NCBI GenBank assembly: GCA_017516825.1
Contig: JAFXBC010000043.1
Location: forward strand, 4,019-68,018
Reading direction: 5' to 3'
DNA from: Clostridia bacterium
Lineage (GTDB): Bacteria; Bacillota; Clostridia; Oscillospirales; CAG-382
DNA length: 64,000 nt
The translations under genes were made by a program, and so were the position numbers. Positions 1 to 10,300 of the stretch are shown one piece after another; within the stretch, counting starts at the first letter, position 1, and every line of letters begins with the position of its first letter. Under the pieces are notes generated by a model that was not told the DNA's origin, ran no database searches, and worked only from the letters and a program-made list of their open reading frames with translations.

Positions 1-79
1 CGAAACGCAACAAACCCGTTTGGGGGTTGCTTTTTTATTTCTTTTGGTGTACCATATCCTCGAAAGGAGGGCAACGCCC

Positions 80-517
80 ATGAAGATCACCATCATCCAC
101 GACCCGGAGGTGAGAGAGCCTCAGATCACCGTGACCTACGGCTACCTCACCGAGGAGCTGCAGGCTCTGCTGGCGGAGATCAGCCTGGCCGACAACCGCA
201 TAGCGGGGGAGAAGGACGGCACCACCCATTTCTTGAACCTATCCGATCTCTACTATATCGAAACGGTGGACGGCAAGGTGTTCCTCTACACCGCTAAGGA
301 CACCTTCGAGACCAAAGCCCGCATCTACCAGCTGGAAGAAAAGCTTTCCGGCACTCCATTCGCAAGAGTTTCCAAATCCGCTATCGTAAACCTGAAAAAA
401 GTTCGTTCCATCACCCCGAAAAAGCACAGCAAGCTGATCATGACCCTGCTGAACGGGGAAAAGCTCATGGTCTCCCGTCAGTATCTGAACACCATCAAAG
501 AAAGGTTAGGTGTGTAA
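80..517 (+). CDS. Stand-alone LytTR-domain DNA-binding regulator (no receiver domain)
   Basis: ORF 20..517 trimmed to ATG 80, which follows GAAAGGAGG. The C-terminal half is LytTR-like (YYIETVDGKVFLYT ... ARVSKSAIVNLKKV ... LMVSRQY). Confidence 0.8.
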   Translation: MKITIIHDPEVREPQITVTYGYLTEELQALLAEISLADNRIAGEKDGTTHFLNLSDLYYIETVDGKVFLYTAKDTFETKARIYQLEEKLSGTPFARVSKSAIVNLKKVRSITPKKHSKLIMTLLNGEKLMVSRQYLNTIKERLGV

Positions 518-518
518 T

Positions 519-944
519 ATGAACTCTAACTCTAAGCTCGTTCGTTTGTTTTACAGCTATTTCGGTTCTTTTGGCGTAGCGGCATTGTTGCTCGCACTTT
601 TGGGGTGCCATATCGAAAGCGTGTATCGCTTTATTCTGCCCACTGCCGTTGCTCTTGTGATCCCCGCTTTTCTCAACGTCTTTGTGCTTTGCAGTAAACA
701 TCAGTCCAAAGCGGAGCTATGGCTCAATCGCGCTTCCTACGGAGTGGCGGCGATCCTTTGCACCTTGGGCAGTTATTCCGCTTTCGGAATCTACAATTCC
801 TGGAAGATCCTTGTTCTGGCTACCGTCGTGATGTTGGCCGTGTATGTTGCCTTCGGCATCCCTCTCTTTATCCTCGCCGACCGCAGAGAAAAACGCAAAC
901 TCCAAGCCATGAACGAAAAGTTTTTGGAAAATACGGAAGAATAA
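519..944 (+). CDS. Small polytopic membrane protein (DUF3021-like), probable partner of the upstream LytTR regulator
   Basis: ORF 510..944. The start (GTG 510 or ATG 519) overlaps or abuts the LytTR stop at 515..517. Four hydrophobic segments and a basic/acidic C-tail. Confidence 0.65.
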   Translation: MNSNSKLVRLFYSYFGSFGVAALLLALLGCHIESVYRFILPTAVALVIPAFLNVFVLCSKHQSKAELWLNRASYGVAAILCTLGSYSAFGIYNSWKILVLATVVMLAVYVAFGIPLFILADRREKRKLQAMNEKFLENTEE

Positions 945-951
945 ACGAAAC

Positions 952-1027
952 AAGGAAACTTCTTTGGGAAAAGAAGTTTCCTTGAACCTTCAAGAAACCT
1001 TATTGCCGAAACGCAGTTGCGTTTCGG
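952..1027 (+). repeat. Bipartite 3'-end hairpin module E1
   Basis: Palindrome AAGGAAACTTC..GAAGTTTCCTT, linker ..CCTTCAAGAAACCTTATTG, hairpin CCGAAACGCAGTTGCGTTTCGG plus T-run. Begins 7 nt after the stop at 944. Confidence 0.8.
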
Positions 1028-1123
1028 TATTTTTATTTTATCCCACGGGATTCCAAAGGGACTTGACCTGCTTGCAGGTCTTCCCTTCTGGCAGGGGATC
1101 ACAAGGGGACGGAGTCCCCTTGG

Positions 1124-3043
1124 TTAAGCGTCTCTTCCGATCGTCACTCTCTTGCCGTTCGTCTCCCCGCGGGCAACCTCTTTGCCGCCGTCGGAGACCA
1201 CCCAGCCGCCCTTGCCTACGCGAATGCCGTAGCACCCGCCGCAGATGGGGAGCTTTTCCAGGCTGATCTCACCCAGCTCCTCAAAGTAGACAGGCACAAA
1301 GGAGAAAGCTGTAAGCCCCTCCGGCCGAATACCGAAAAGCCCCTCTGTGACCACCCGTGCAAACAACGCGCTTTCCCCGGAAAGATGGCGCTTCCCGCCC
1401 TCCGGATAAGCCTCCACCGCATAGGGCACGCGATCACACAACAACCGCTTGCGGCAGTACCCCAAGAAGGGCGCCATGATCCGATCCCCCGCACCGGCAA
1501 GGAAGGCCGCCTTCATGCCGTACAGCGTGGAACGATCCCAAATGGTGCTGGAACGGTTTTCCTCGGAGATCTCGCAGGTCAGCATCCCTTCCTCCGTCCA
1601 CAGATAGGAGGAAAGCATGGCGTTCAAAGTGCCCTCCTTTCGTTTTCCCATCTCCATGCACAAGGGCAGGCAGATCCACGCCCGCAACGTGTCGTACCCC
1701 TTGGAGTAGCGGTAGGTCTCAAACCCGTGAAGCTCCGCACCGAAATAGCTGTCAATAGCCTCCGCCAACGCGGCGGCTCTCTTTTGATATTCCTCTGCCG
1801 TGTCAACGTCTCCCAAGGACTCCGCCAACTTGGAGGCAAATACCAACCCGCCGTAGCATAAGCAGGAGGTGGAAAGGTTGGCCTTCCTGTCCGTGGGGAA
1901 GCGCCCCTCCAATTCATCGGAATCGGAACGGATCACACCCTCCGGCAGGGTCTGACGGCGGCAGTACTCCGCACACCACTTGATGGCAGGGTAAAGCTCC
2001 TTGGCAACAGCCTCATCCCCTGCGTAAAGGCAGAACAGGGAAGCCCCGTACAAGTACATGGCCGCGTCCCCGCGGTCTCCCGCACCCTCCCAGATGTCCA
2101 GCCCCTCCGCGATAATGGAGCAGGGAAGCTTGTGGAAGCTGTCGGACATGAAAGCCGTGTAGGAGCGATAAGCGTTCAGGGAAGCCTCCATGGCAGCCTT
2201 GTCTCCCGTCATGGCGAAATGGGGGCCTGCGTACTCCGCCTGGTCGTTGCACCAGGTGGCGGCGTAGTAGGAGCGTCCCCCGGGGCTGTGATACTTCCCG
2301 GTGAGGGTCTCGAAAATGCTTTCCCCGGCGCGGAGCTTGGAAAAACGGAACATTCCGTCCAATACGGGGTTTGCGGTGCGGAGAACCGGGGTGCCGCAAA
2401 GCTCCTCCACCCGCGCAAGACGCGCCAAAAGCTCTTGCCCGCCGTCTACCTCGGGGCAGGGCTGATTGGCGATCCGTGCGGAGTAGTAAACGTAATAGGT
2501 CAGCGTGTCACCCGAGGCAAGCTTGATCACCTCCGGCGCATCGTGGCGGATCTCCGCAAGGTAAACCCCCTTGGTGCCTCTGCCGTATTCGCAGAGATGG
2601 GTAGTCGGCAGGGAAAGGGTAAACTCCCCGTCCTCTATGGCCATCAAGGACACCTGCTCCACACAGCAAAGTGCGTTTTGGGCAGGGTAAAAACGGCGCA
2701 CCACCAGAACGTCTTCGTCGGTATCGCAGGTGATGCAAAGAGTGCCGTCTAGCTCCGCCTGAATGGGGAATTCCTTCACGGGAACGCCGTCCTTCAAAAG
2801 ACGGGGCGCCTGCTCCCTTGCCACGTCAAAATGATAGGTGGCGTGGGTGTGGTTGGGAATGGTACGCAGGGTAGGGAAGTAAAAGCTCTGCTCCAAATGC
2901 AGGGTGCCGTCCTCCTTCACCCCGTAGGAAATGATCTCGTCGGCGTAAAAGCCGCTCATTTCAATGTCGTCGGTGTGAAATTGCCCTTTTTTGATCTCCC
3001 AAACCAAACGCTCCCCGTCGATCCTCCAGATCTGCTCCGTCAT
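1124..3043 (-). CDS. Cytoplasmic glycoside-hydrolase-like protein, probable (alpha/alpha)6-barrel; family not assignable by eye
   Basis: 639-aa ORF without signal peptide and with its own promoter at 3077..3106. The helical C-terminal half carries acidic motifs (GDRGDAAMYLYG, SDSDELEGRF) reminiscent of six-hairpin glycosidases. Confidence 0.45.
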   Translation of the reverse strand: MTEQIWRIDGERLVWEIKKGQFHTDDIEMSGFYADEIISYGVKEDGTLHLEQSFYFPTLRTIPNHTHATYHFDVAREQAPRLLKDGVPVKEFPIQAELDGTLCITCDTDEDVLVVRRFYPAQNALCCVEQVSLMAIEDGEFTLSLPTTHLCEYGRGTKGVYLAEIRHDAPEVIKLASGDTLTYYVYYSARIANQPCPEVDGGQELLARLARVEELCGTPVLRTANPVLDGMFRFSKLRAGESIFETLTGKYHSPGGRSYYAATWCNDQAEYAGPHFAMTGDKAAMEASLNAYRSYTAFMSDSFHKLPCSIIAEGLDIWEGAGDRGDAAMYLYGASLFCLYAGDEAVAKELYPAIKWCAEYCRRQTLPEGVIRSDSDELEGRFPTDRKANLSTSCLCYGGLVFASKLAESLGDVDTAEEYQKRAAALAEAIDSYFGAELHGFETYRYSKGYDTLRAWICLPLCMEMGKRKEGTLNAMLSSYLWTEEGMLTCEISEENRSSTIWDRSTLYGMKAAFLAGAGDRIMAPFLGYCRKRLLCDRVPYAVEAYPEGGKRHLSGESALFARVVTEGLFGIRPEGLTAFSFVPVYFEELGEISLEKLPICGGCYGIRVGKGGWVVSDGGKEVARGETNGKRVTIGRDA

Positions 3044-3076
3044 AACCCGTTACCTCTTTGTAGCTTTATTTTCTTA

Positions 3077-3106
3077 AGTATATCACAAGGCGTTTGGTTT
3101 TGTCAA
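3077..3106 (-). promoter_or_regulatory. Sigma-A-type promoter TTGACA-18-TATACT for the 1124..3043 gene
   Basis: Read on the minus strand. Confidence 0.6.
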
Positions 3107-3210
3107 TGAAAACACCTCCGAAAACGATGGTTTTCAACAATGGGTTTTTCTTTTTGGATCCTTTGTTCTCCCGCAAAAAAGGACCCTTTTGCAAGAGTCC
3201 TTTGATACGG

Positions 3211-4731
3211 TTATTCCTGTTCTCTCTGGTTGAAGGTCTCGATGAGATCATCCAGTGCCGACTGTGCGGAGCTTGCCAACCCGTCGTAGCTGGAGGCGAA
3301 GGAGCCCTTGGGCTTGTTGATGAGCTCGGTCAGCATATTGGACAGCCCGCCCACGCGGTAAACTGCCCCAAGATCTGCACCCGCGCAATCGAAGATCAGC
3401 TCCAGCATCTCCACGTCGTCGTCGGTACGGAGCTTCTGGTACTGCAGAACTACGTCGTAGTAGGTGGTGGCCACGGTATCCACGGAGTAAGCACCCAGCG
3501 CGTCCAGGATCACCTGTGCGCGGTAGGATCTCTCCTCGTCCATGCCGTAGGGGATGCAGTACGCGTTGGAGGACCATGCACCTACCTGGGTGTAGTACTG
3601 CTCCTGGTTTTTGTCAAACAAAGGAGAGGGGAGAATACCGAAATCGCTCTGCATATCGCCCAGCTTCAATGCATCCTCAATGCCGCCGGAATAGAACAAA
3701 CACTGGTCTGCCTTAAAGGAATCCAGCAGCAGAGTCATGGGGGTGGAGGACTCGTTAAAGTAATCGTCACCGCAAACGTAATCCTCGCTGTCCTGGAGCA
3801 GATCCAGAATGGAATCCACCACCTTGGCGCTTCTTTCGTTGTATACGGAGATGTAGGGAACACCCGCTTCGTCCACGTCGGCAATACGCTCCCCGGCGCC
3901 GTAGAACAGCTTCTGCATATCGCCGTTCTGACCTGCCCAGCCGTAGCTGTCGTGGTAAGTGATCTTGCCGTCCTTATCCAGGTCTTCGCTGAGATCCGCC
4001 TGCTTGATCAGCTCCAGGATCTTCTCGATGGTCCATTCCTTGTTGCGGACCAGCTCGTAGGGATATTGGATACCCGCATCGTCCATCAGCTTTTTGTTGA
4101 AGAACAGGCATCCCGCCGCGTTCTTGGCGCGCAAGCCGATGTCGCCGGTGAGGTAGTAGGTGCAGTTGCCGATGGCGGTGTCGGAAATAAAGGTCTGATC
4201 CCACCAGGAGTTTTGGATACGGATACCGGGAGCGGTAGCCAGGTCGATGATCAACCCCTCCGCCGCCATGGTGCCTGCATCCAGCAAGCAGGGATACAGA
4301 ATGTCGTAATCCCCCGTGCCGGAATACCCGAACTCACGGACAGCCGCCAGGAAGGTGCCGCCGTACCGCTTGGGGTCGATCATGATCTCTTCCTCAATGG
4401 TGATGCCGTAAGCCGCTTCCACCGCCTCGGTGCGCTCCTTGATGGCAACGGAAAGCGCCTTGGCGCAGGTCTCGTTGTTGGAGTTGTCCCCGATCTCGGT
4501 GACGTAGGAATCGTTGAATGCCGCGGTAAACACCTTGATGGTCTCCCCTTGGAATTCATCCGTCTCGATAAAGCTGTCGTCGTTCTTCGAAACCTCGTCG
4601 CTGATCTCGGGCAGAGAGCCGGGATCGGAGGCCACGGCAGAGCTTTCGGGCGTCTCGCCGCCGCAGCTTGCCAGCATCAGCAAGGCAAAGGTCAACAGCA
4701 GACAGATGCAGAGCAGTCTTTTCATGTTCAT
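3211..4731 (-). CDS. Extracellular solute-binding lipoprotein (large family-1 ABC SBP type); orphan, no permease or ATPase nearby
   Basis: Lipoprotein signal MNMKRLLCICLLLTFALLMLASCGG. About 500 aa, paralogous to 48793..50328 and 50344..51900 (shared WTIEK/WTIDK, FGILP/FGVLP and YY..V motifs). Confidence 0.8.
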   Translation of the reverse strand: MNMKRLLCICLLLTFALLMLASCGGETPESSAVASDPGSLPEISDEVSKNDDSFIETDEFQGETIKVFTAAFNDSYVTEIGDNSNNETCAKALSVAIKERTEAVEAAYGITIEEEIMIDPKRYGGTFLAAVREFGYSGTGDYDILYPCLLDAGTMAAEGLIIDLATAPGIRIQNSWWDQTFISDTAIGNCTYYLTGDIGLRAKNAAGCLFFNKKLMDDAGIQYPYELVRNKEWTIEKILELIKQADLSEDLDKDGKITYHDSYGWAGQNGDMQKLFYGAGERIADVDEAGVPYISVYNERSAKVVDSILDLLQDSEDYVCGDDYFNESSTPMTLLLDSFKADQCLFYSGGIEDALKLGDMQSDFGILPSPLFDKNQEQYYTQVGAWSSNAYCIPYGMDEERSYRAQVILDALGAYSVDTVATTYYDVVLQYQKLRTDDDVEMLELIFDCAGADLGAVYRVGGLSNMLTELINKPKGSFASSYDGLASSAQSALDDLIETFNQREQE

Positions 4732-4826
4732 AAAAGAAGTTCTCCTTTTTTATCAAATAGGGGACTGCTGCAGATGGTGCGAACCATGGCAACAGCCCCC
4801 CAAATCGGACTCATTGAACGGGATGT

Positions 4827-7202
4827 TTATTCTGCGGGAGACCACTTGCCCAGCAGATAGAGTCTCAACTGGAAGTAGTCCCTCTTGTTCACCTTGCCGC
4901 TACCGTCGATGTCACTTCTGGAAAGCATTTCGTCGGTGAAGTTGATGGGCTTATCCATCAGGAAGGTCTTCAGCTTGAAGTAGTCCAGCTTGCCCACCTT
5001 GCCGTCGCCATCGATGTCGCCGAACGGAACGGTAGGTGCCTTCACAACCTCCAGCAGTGCGCCGTCAACCACGCCGATCTTGCCGGCGTCGTTCTTGATG
5101 GCGCCCTTCACGGTGATGGTATCGCCCACCGCCAGGTCTGCCGCACCCTCGCCGGTGAGGCGGACGCACAGGAGGGGATAGTCCTTCAGCTCGCCCACCT
5201 GAATGGTCACGGAGCCGTCGGCATCCACGGAGAGGACTACGCCGGAAAGTTGGTACGGATGACCGTCGGAAAGGGTCTCGCCCTCTGCCAGACCGTAAGC
5301 CGCACCAAGGATCTCCTCGTCGGTCTCGTAGATCTTAACGGGGTTCTTGTAAGTAAAGCCGGCACCTTCAACGGTTACGTGGCCTGCGGCACCGCGGAGT
5401 GCGATCAGATCAACGTTGTAAAGGGTAATAACGGCACCCTTTTCAATGTCGGTAAGCTTTACGCCGTCTTCCTTGTTGCCGCTGAAGCCGATGATATAGC
5501 CGCCTACGGGACAAACCACGTCGCTCTTGTCGCCATCGGGTCTGCCCAGAACAAAGTGGGTCTCTTCTACCACGCCGTGGGCGTTCACGACGATGACGTA
5601 GAAGTAGTTCATATCCTTGCCTGAGCCGCTGTTACCCAGCGCGGTCAGCTGGTCGATGGTGAGATGGCCACCGGCAAGGATGCAGTGGAAGGAATCGTGG
5701 ATATAGCCTGCGTAGTCCAGAACCAGCGCGTCCCCGGGAAGTGCAACCAACTCGTCGGGCTGAACCTTGATGGCGGGAATGGCTTCGGTGTAGGAATCGC
5801 CGCAGGTACAGGTGTAGGTGCGGACGCCGTCTGCACTGAGGGTGGGCTCCAAGGTGATTGCGGAAGTATAAGCGTGTTCGTGAGCTTTCAGAACGGTAAA
5901 CTCTGCAATGGAGATGAACTCCCAGAAGATCTTGTTGTCCGCAGGGGCGTAGCCCAGAACGGGAGTGCTTGCGCCTACGCTCAGAACCACCCGGAGGTAA
6001 GCCGCCTCGGTGTTTTCGAAGTTGAAGACGTTACAAAGGGTGCCGTGAGTCTCCCCGGAAACCTCGGCAGGTACCAGGTCATATTTGCCCATCTCGGTCC
6101 AGCTTTCGCCGTCGACGGAAACCAGAACGGTTGCTTGTCCCTCGGGATAACCGATCATGACACCGGCACAGTGGTACAGGTCCACCATCAAACCGCTGAT
6201 CGTCTTGACCTCGCCCAGAGCGTAGTGCAGGGTAACGTCCATGCCGGTGGTGGTGCACTGGGTATTCTGAACCAGAACCACTTTGTTGGCACCTACCGCA
6301 GCCCAATCACCGTCGAAGTCGGTCATGCCGTCGGTGAGGAGCTTGTTTTCGTTTACGTTGACGTCGACTTTAACGTTTTCGGGACGCTTCACGCAGGCGT
6401 CCATTACACAGTTTGCGTCGAACTCAATGGTGCCGTTGTAATTCATCAGCTGACCGGTAACGGTGATGGTGTCGCCCACCTTCAGATCGGCAACGCCCTC
6501 ACCCTTCATGCGGTAGCACTGAATGGGCTTATCAGCGAGATCGCCCACGCGGATGGTAACGGTGATATTCTCGTATTCCTCGCTGTAAGACGTGTTGACG
6601 GCAAGCACCACGCCGGTGAGCTGATAAGAATGGCCATTGGAAAGGTACTCTTTGTTTTCAAGCTCGTAGGCGGCATTAACGATCTCCTCGGGAGTCTCGT
6701 AGATGGTCACGGGGGTTACCACGCTGACGGAAGCCTTGGAGCCCTTGGCATCCACAAGACCGGTGGCGGAGGCCAGGCTTTTCATGGACTCCACGTTTGC
6801 GGAAACGGTCACGTTGCCGGTAGCGAGAGGCACGAAGGTCACGGTGAACAGCTTGCCGGAAAGCACGTCGGAAGCGTTGACCGCCGCAACGGTGGCGGAG
6901 CCTTCTTTTACGTTGGTGGCAGTGATGCCTTCACCCTCAAAAACGATTCCACCCCAGGAAAGCAGGGCGGGATCCCAGGTGACCTCGATCTCGTAGCCGG
7001 CAATGGCGGTCATGCCGCCTGCAAGCTCCAGATCAAAGGAAACCTCAAAGGCATCCTTCTCGCCGTCACCGGTGAAGTACGCCCGGTCCGGCATACCCAC
7101 GGAAACCACGGAAACTTCCGCTGCCGTTACGGAAAGAAGGGAAGCGGACGTCATGGTGACGACCATCAGGACTGCCAATAAAAGCGATGTGAATCTTTTC
7201 AT
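4827..7202 (-). CDS. Secreted multidomain protein: cohesin-like module, two OB-like repeats, discoidin/CBM-like module, C-terminal dockerin
   Basis: Signal peptide MKRFTSLLLAVLMVVTMTSA. N-terminal cohesin-like pattern (FEVSFDLELAGGMTAIAGYEIEVTWDPALL ... GKLFTVTFVP). C-terminal double EF-hand dockerin (DIDGDGKVGKLDYFKLKTFL ... DIDGSGKVNKRDYFQLRLYLL). Confidence 0.7.
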   Translation of the reverse strand: MKRFTSLLLAVLMVVTMTSASLLSVTAAEVSVVSVGMPDRAYFTGDGEKDAFEVSFDLELAGGMTAIAGYEIEVTWDPALLSWGGIVFEGEGITATNVKEGSATVAAVNASDVLSGKLFTVTFVPLATGNVTVSANVESMKSLASATGLVDAKGSKASVSVVTPVTIYETPEEIVNAAYELENKEYLSNGHSYQLTGVVLAVNTSYSEEYENITVTIRVGDLADKPIQCYRMKGEGVADLKVGDTITVTGQLMNYNGTIEFDANCVMDACVKRPENVKVDVNVNENKLLTDGMTDFDGDWAAVGANKVVLVQNTQCTTTGMDVTLHYALGEVKTISGLMVDLYHCAGVMIGYPEGQATVLVSVDGESWTEMGKYDLVPAEVSGETHGTLCNVFNFENTEAAYLRVVLSVGASTPVLGYAPADNKIFWEFISIAEFTVLKAHEHAYTSAITLEPTLSADGVRTYTCTCGDSYTEAIPAIKVQPDELVALPGDALVLDYAGYIHDSFHCILAGGHLTIDQLTALGNSGSGKDMNYFYVIVVNAHGVVEETHFVLGRPDGDKSDVVCPVGGYIIGFSGNKEDGVKLTDIEKGAVITLYNVDLIALRGAAGHVTVEGAGFTYKNPVKIYETDEEILGAAYGLAEGETLSDGHPYQLSGVVLSVDADGSVTIQVGELKDYPLLCVRLTGEGAADLAVGDTITVKGAIKNDAGKIGVVDGALLEVVKAPTVPFGDIDGDGKVGKLDYFKLKTFLMDKPINFTDEMLSRSDIDGSGKVNKRDYFQLRLYLLGKWSPAE
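4830..5024 (-). other. Dockerin module
   Basis: Two 22-residue Ca-binding segments, D-x-D-G-x-G-K-V-x-x-x-D-Y. Confidence 0.8.
5043..5339 (-). repeat. Intragenic repeat copy 2 (IYETDEEILGAAYGL ... GDTITVKGAI)
   Basis: See copy 1. Confidence 0.7.
6393..6710 (-). repeat. Intragenic repeat copy 1 (IYETPEEIVNAAYEL ... GDTITVTGQL), OB-fold-like
   Basis: Residues ~165-270 align with residues ~622-720 of the same protein. Confidence 0.7.
6708..7121 (-). other. Cohesin-like beta-sandwich module (residues ~28-165)
   Basis: Resembles the type-I cohesin signature (hydrophobic beta-strands, G-x-x-I-x-G-Y-x-x-x-V-x-W-DP-x-x-L). Called by eye only. Confidence 0.45.
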
Positions 7203-7247
7203 AAAGCAGGAATTCCTTTCCTAAATAAGAAAAAGTATCATAAGCGT

Positions 7248-7276
7248 ATTATACAGTATCTTTCGGCGGATTGCAA
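7248..7276 (-). promoter_or_regulatory. Promoter TTGCAA-17-TATAAT for the cohesin/dockerin gene
   Basis: Read on the minus strand, downstream of the GDPD terminator. Confidence 0.6.
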
Positions 7277-7320
7277 GTGCTTTTTCACAAAAAGAAGAAA
7301 AAACACCCTGTTTCTCCCGT

Positions 7321-7357
7321 GAAAAAGAGAAGAGAGCGGCAGGAAAGCCGCCCTCTC
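7321..7357 (-). terminator. Intrinsic terminator after the GDPD gene
   Basis: GAGAGGGCGGC/GCCGCTCTC stem followed by TTCTCTTTTT on the minus strand. Confidence 0.6.
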
Positions 7358-7370
7358 GGGAAAAATCTGG

Positions 7371-10300
7371 TTATGCGGTGATACCGTACGCCTTCAGGGT
7401 GTTTTGCTTCAGCAGAATGTAATCCACGGCGTTGACTCTGCCGTCGCCGTTGATATCCGAGGCCGCCTGCTGGCTCTCGGAAAGGGTGAAGCCGTCCAGC
7501 GCGGAGCGCTTGATCAGCAGATAGTCTGCGGCGCTGACCTTGCCGTTGCCGCTGAGGTCGCCCTTCACGCAAATCGAGAAACTTGCGCCGTCCTTTTCCA
7601 CGGTGGCTCCCGTGCCGACTACGTCTGTACCGGAAAGGGATTTACCGCCCTTGCCGCTGATCTTGACGCCCTCGGAGGAAGCCAGGCTTCCCAGAAGATC
7701 CGCCGCGGTGAGACCGCTCTCGGAGAGGAGGATGCCTCGGTTCAGCAAATAACTGCTTTCCGCCTTCAACGCCAGAGCCTTGTGGCCGTCAACGCTTACG
7801 GTGATTGGCTGGGAATACAGGGTGTAGGAAGCACCGTTGGGAAGCTTGGTTTTGTAAGACAGCAGGAACACCGCCTTGCCGTACTTCAAAGGCGTCACGG
7901 TGCCGTCGTCTCCCAGCTCCACCACGCCGTCGTTCTCCAGGGTGATCACCTTGCTTCTGGAGAGGATATCCTTTTCCGTGCCGCCGTAGGTGACGGAGGT
8001 TGCGGAGAGGGTAATGGTGTCTCCCAGATCCACCCGCAGATCGGTGGGAACGGAAATGGTCTTCACCGTATCCTGGAGATACTGGGGATCGTCTGTGGTC
8101 ATACCGTTGACACCTGCCAGGAACATCTTACAGACCTGTGCGGCCACGGAGTTGGAATAGGTCCAGGTCCACAAGGTCAGACCGCGGTCGTTGGCGTTCC
8201 GCAGGAACTCTGCGGTCAGGTTGCCGTAGTTGATGGCCATGGTGGCGTGGTAGGACAGGGTATCCGTCTGCTTCTGGTAGTAATTGTTCAGGGTGTTCAG
8301 GGTATCGTTTTCCTCGGCAAAGCCGGCGGCGCTGATGAGATACCCGGTGGTAACGTTCATATACTGCTTTGCGGAGGTGAGCTGGTTGGCGTAGAAGCTG
8401 ATGAAGACCACCTGGTTTTCCATGTTGTACTTCTTGATCAGCTCAACGCACTTCCGAGGCAGATCTGCCTGGCCGGACTTGATCTCGCAAAGGAACTTCA
8501 CGTCCTTGCCCTGGAAGGCCTGGAGGATCTCCTCGAAGGTGGGGATATGCTCCTCGGAGAGGGTGCCGTTTCTGTACTTCAGCTTGTATTGCTGCAGCTG
8601 CTGGCTGGTCATGGAAGCGATCTTGCCCTTGCCGTTGGTGGTACGGTCGATGGAATCGTCGTGCATCACCATCACCACGCCGTCGGAGCTGAGATGCACG
8701 TCGATCTCAATGCAATCCGCTCCGGCTTCATAACCGCCCAGACAAGCTGCCAGGGAGTTTTCGGGGAACTTGGTGGAATAGCCTCTGTGGGCCGTCCATA
8801 CGGGAGTGCGGGTCAGAGCGTCGGAAGCGGTGAAGACCTCCGTCTGTACGGCGGCAACCAGCTCCGGGTTATCGCTGACCACGGCGTTGGCGCCGGAGGC
8901 TACCAGCCAAGCCGCCTGGGCAGCGGTCTTGATCCGTGTGCCGAAAGCCCAGACCGCCAGCTCGAATTCCTGCCACTTGGCTACGTATTCCTTGGTGGCC
9001 AGATGATAGGGCACCAGAATGGCCTGGGCGTAAGCCCCCGCCGCCTTGTTATAGTAGTCGTAGATCTCCTCATCGGTAAGGCTTTCCGCCTTGATCCCGG
9101 TGAGATCCAGCACGCCGCGGAGCTTCGTCTTGTTCTTCTCACGGGCGTACTTCACCACCTCCGCATCGGCGGAGATGACCGCGGCCTCGGGGATCTTTGC
9201 GGAGGTCAGCGCGGCGTTCAACGCATCCACCTGGGTCTTGGTATCCAGACGGAACTGGGGGATCACGTTCTTTTCCTTGAACCCCTTCAGGTAGGTCTCG
9301 AATTGCTCCTTGGAGATCTCTCTGCCGGTAAGATCCAGCAAAGCCGCCGCCGTCAGAGCCTCTCCTGCCAGATAGTCCTCAAAATCGCCGTAGGACAGAT
9401 ACGCCTGGGTGGAAACGTAGTTGGTGATATTGGTTTCTCCGCGGTTTACGGAGGAATCCACCAGCAACGGAACCACGGGAGGACGCTCCGGCGCAATTTC
9501 CTGTACGGTAACGCGGATGGAATCCACGTTCATGGTGCCGTAGTTATCGATGATGCCCACGTATCCCTTGGGATGAGCGGAGGCGTTGGTGACGAACATC
9601 ACCGATTCCTCGTCGATGAGGTACTGTACGGTACTGCCGAAGGCCTTCACCGTCAGGTTGTGGAAGTCCTCGTCGGTCATATCCAGCACGTGGGAATTGT
9701 TGTAGATCACGTTCCAGGAATTGGAAGTGGTACGCTCCGCAAACTCCACCGTACTGCTGGTGGTGTTGGCGCGGACGCACATATGGTAGTAGGGGTAGTA
9801 ATTTTTGTTGGCGTTTTCAATGCGGTAGGCGATGGAGCACCATCTGGAGCCGTTGAGCACCTCCGTCTGGTTGGCCATCATGGAAATGGCGTAATCGCCG
9901 AAATCCCCCAGCCACTCCGGAAGAATAGCGCGGTAATAGTCCTTGGCCTGGCTGCCGAAATGCATCACGCCGTCTTCGATGTTCACCAGCTTGGGGTTGA
10001 GAAACTTCCAGCCCTCTGCCTCCAGATCCTCCACCGTGCATTCGAAATCGTTCTCGTAAAGCACGTATTCCGTTTCGTCGGGAAGCTTGGAGACCAGATA
10101 TACCTTCTCGGAGACCTCCCCTGCGGTGGCGGTGAGGGTCAGAACCCCCTTCTCCTCCACCTTGACGGTCTTCACGGTCTCGCCGTCCAGCGTCCAGGTG
10201 ATCTCCTTGGGCTCCAGCCGCTTGCCGTTGTCGGCTTCCACGGTATACAGGGAAAGATCCACCGTAGCGCCCACGTTGGCGGTGATGGCGGGGTTGGTTT

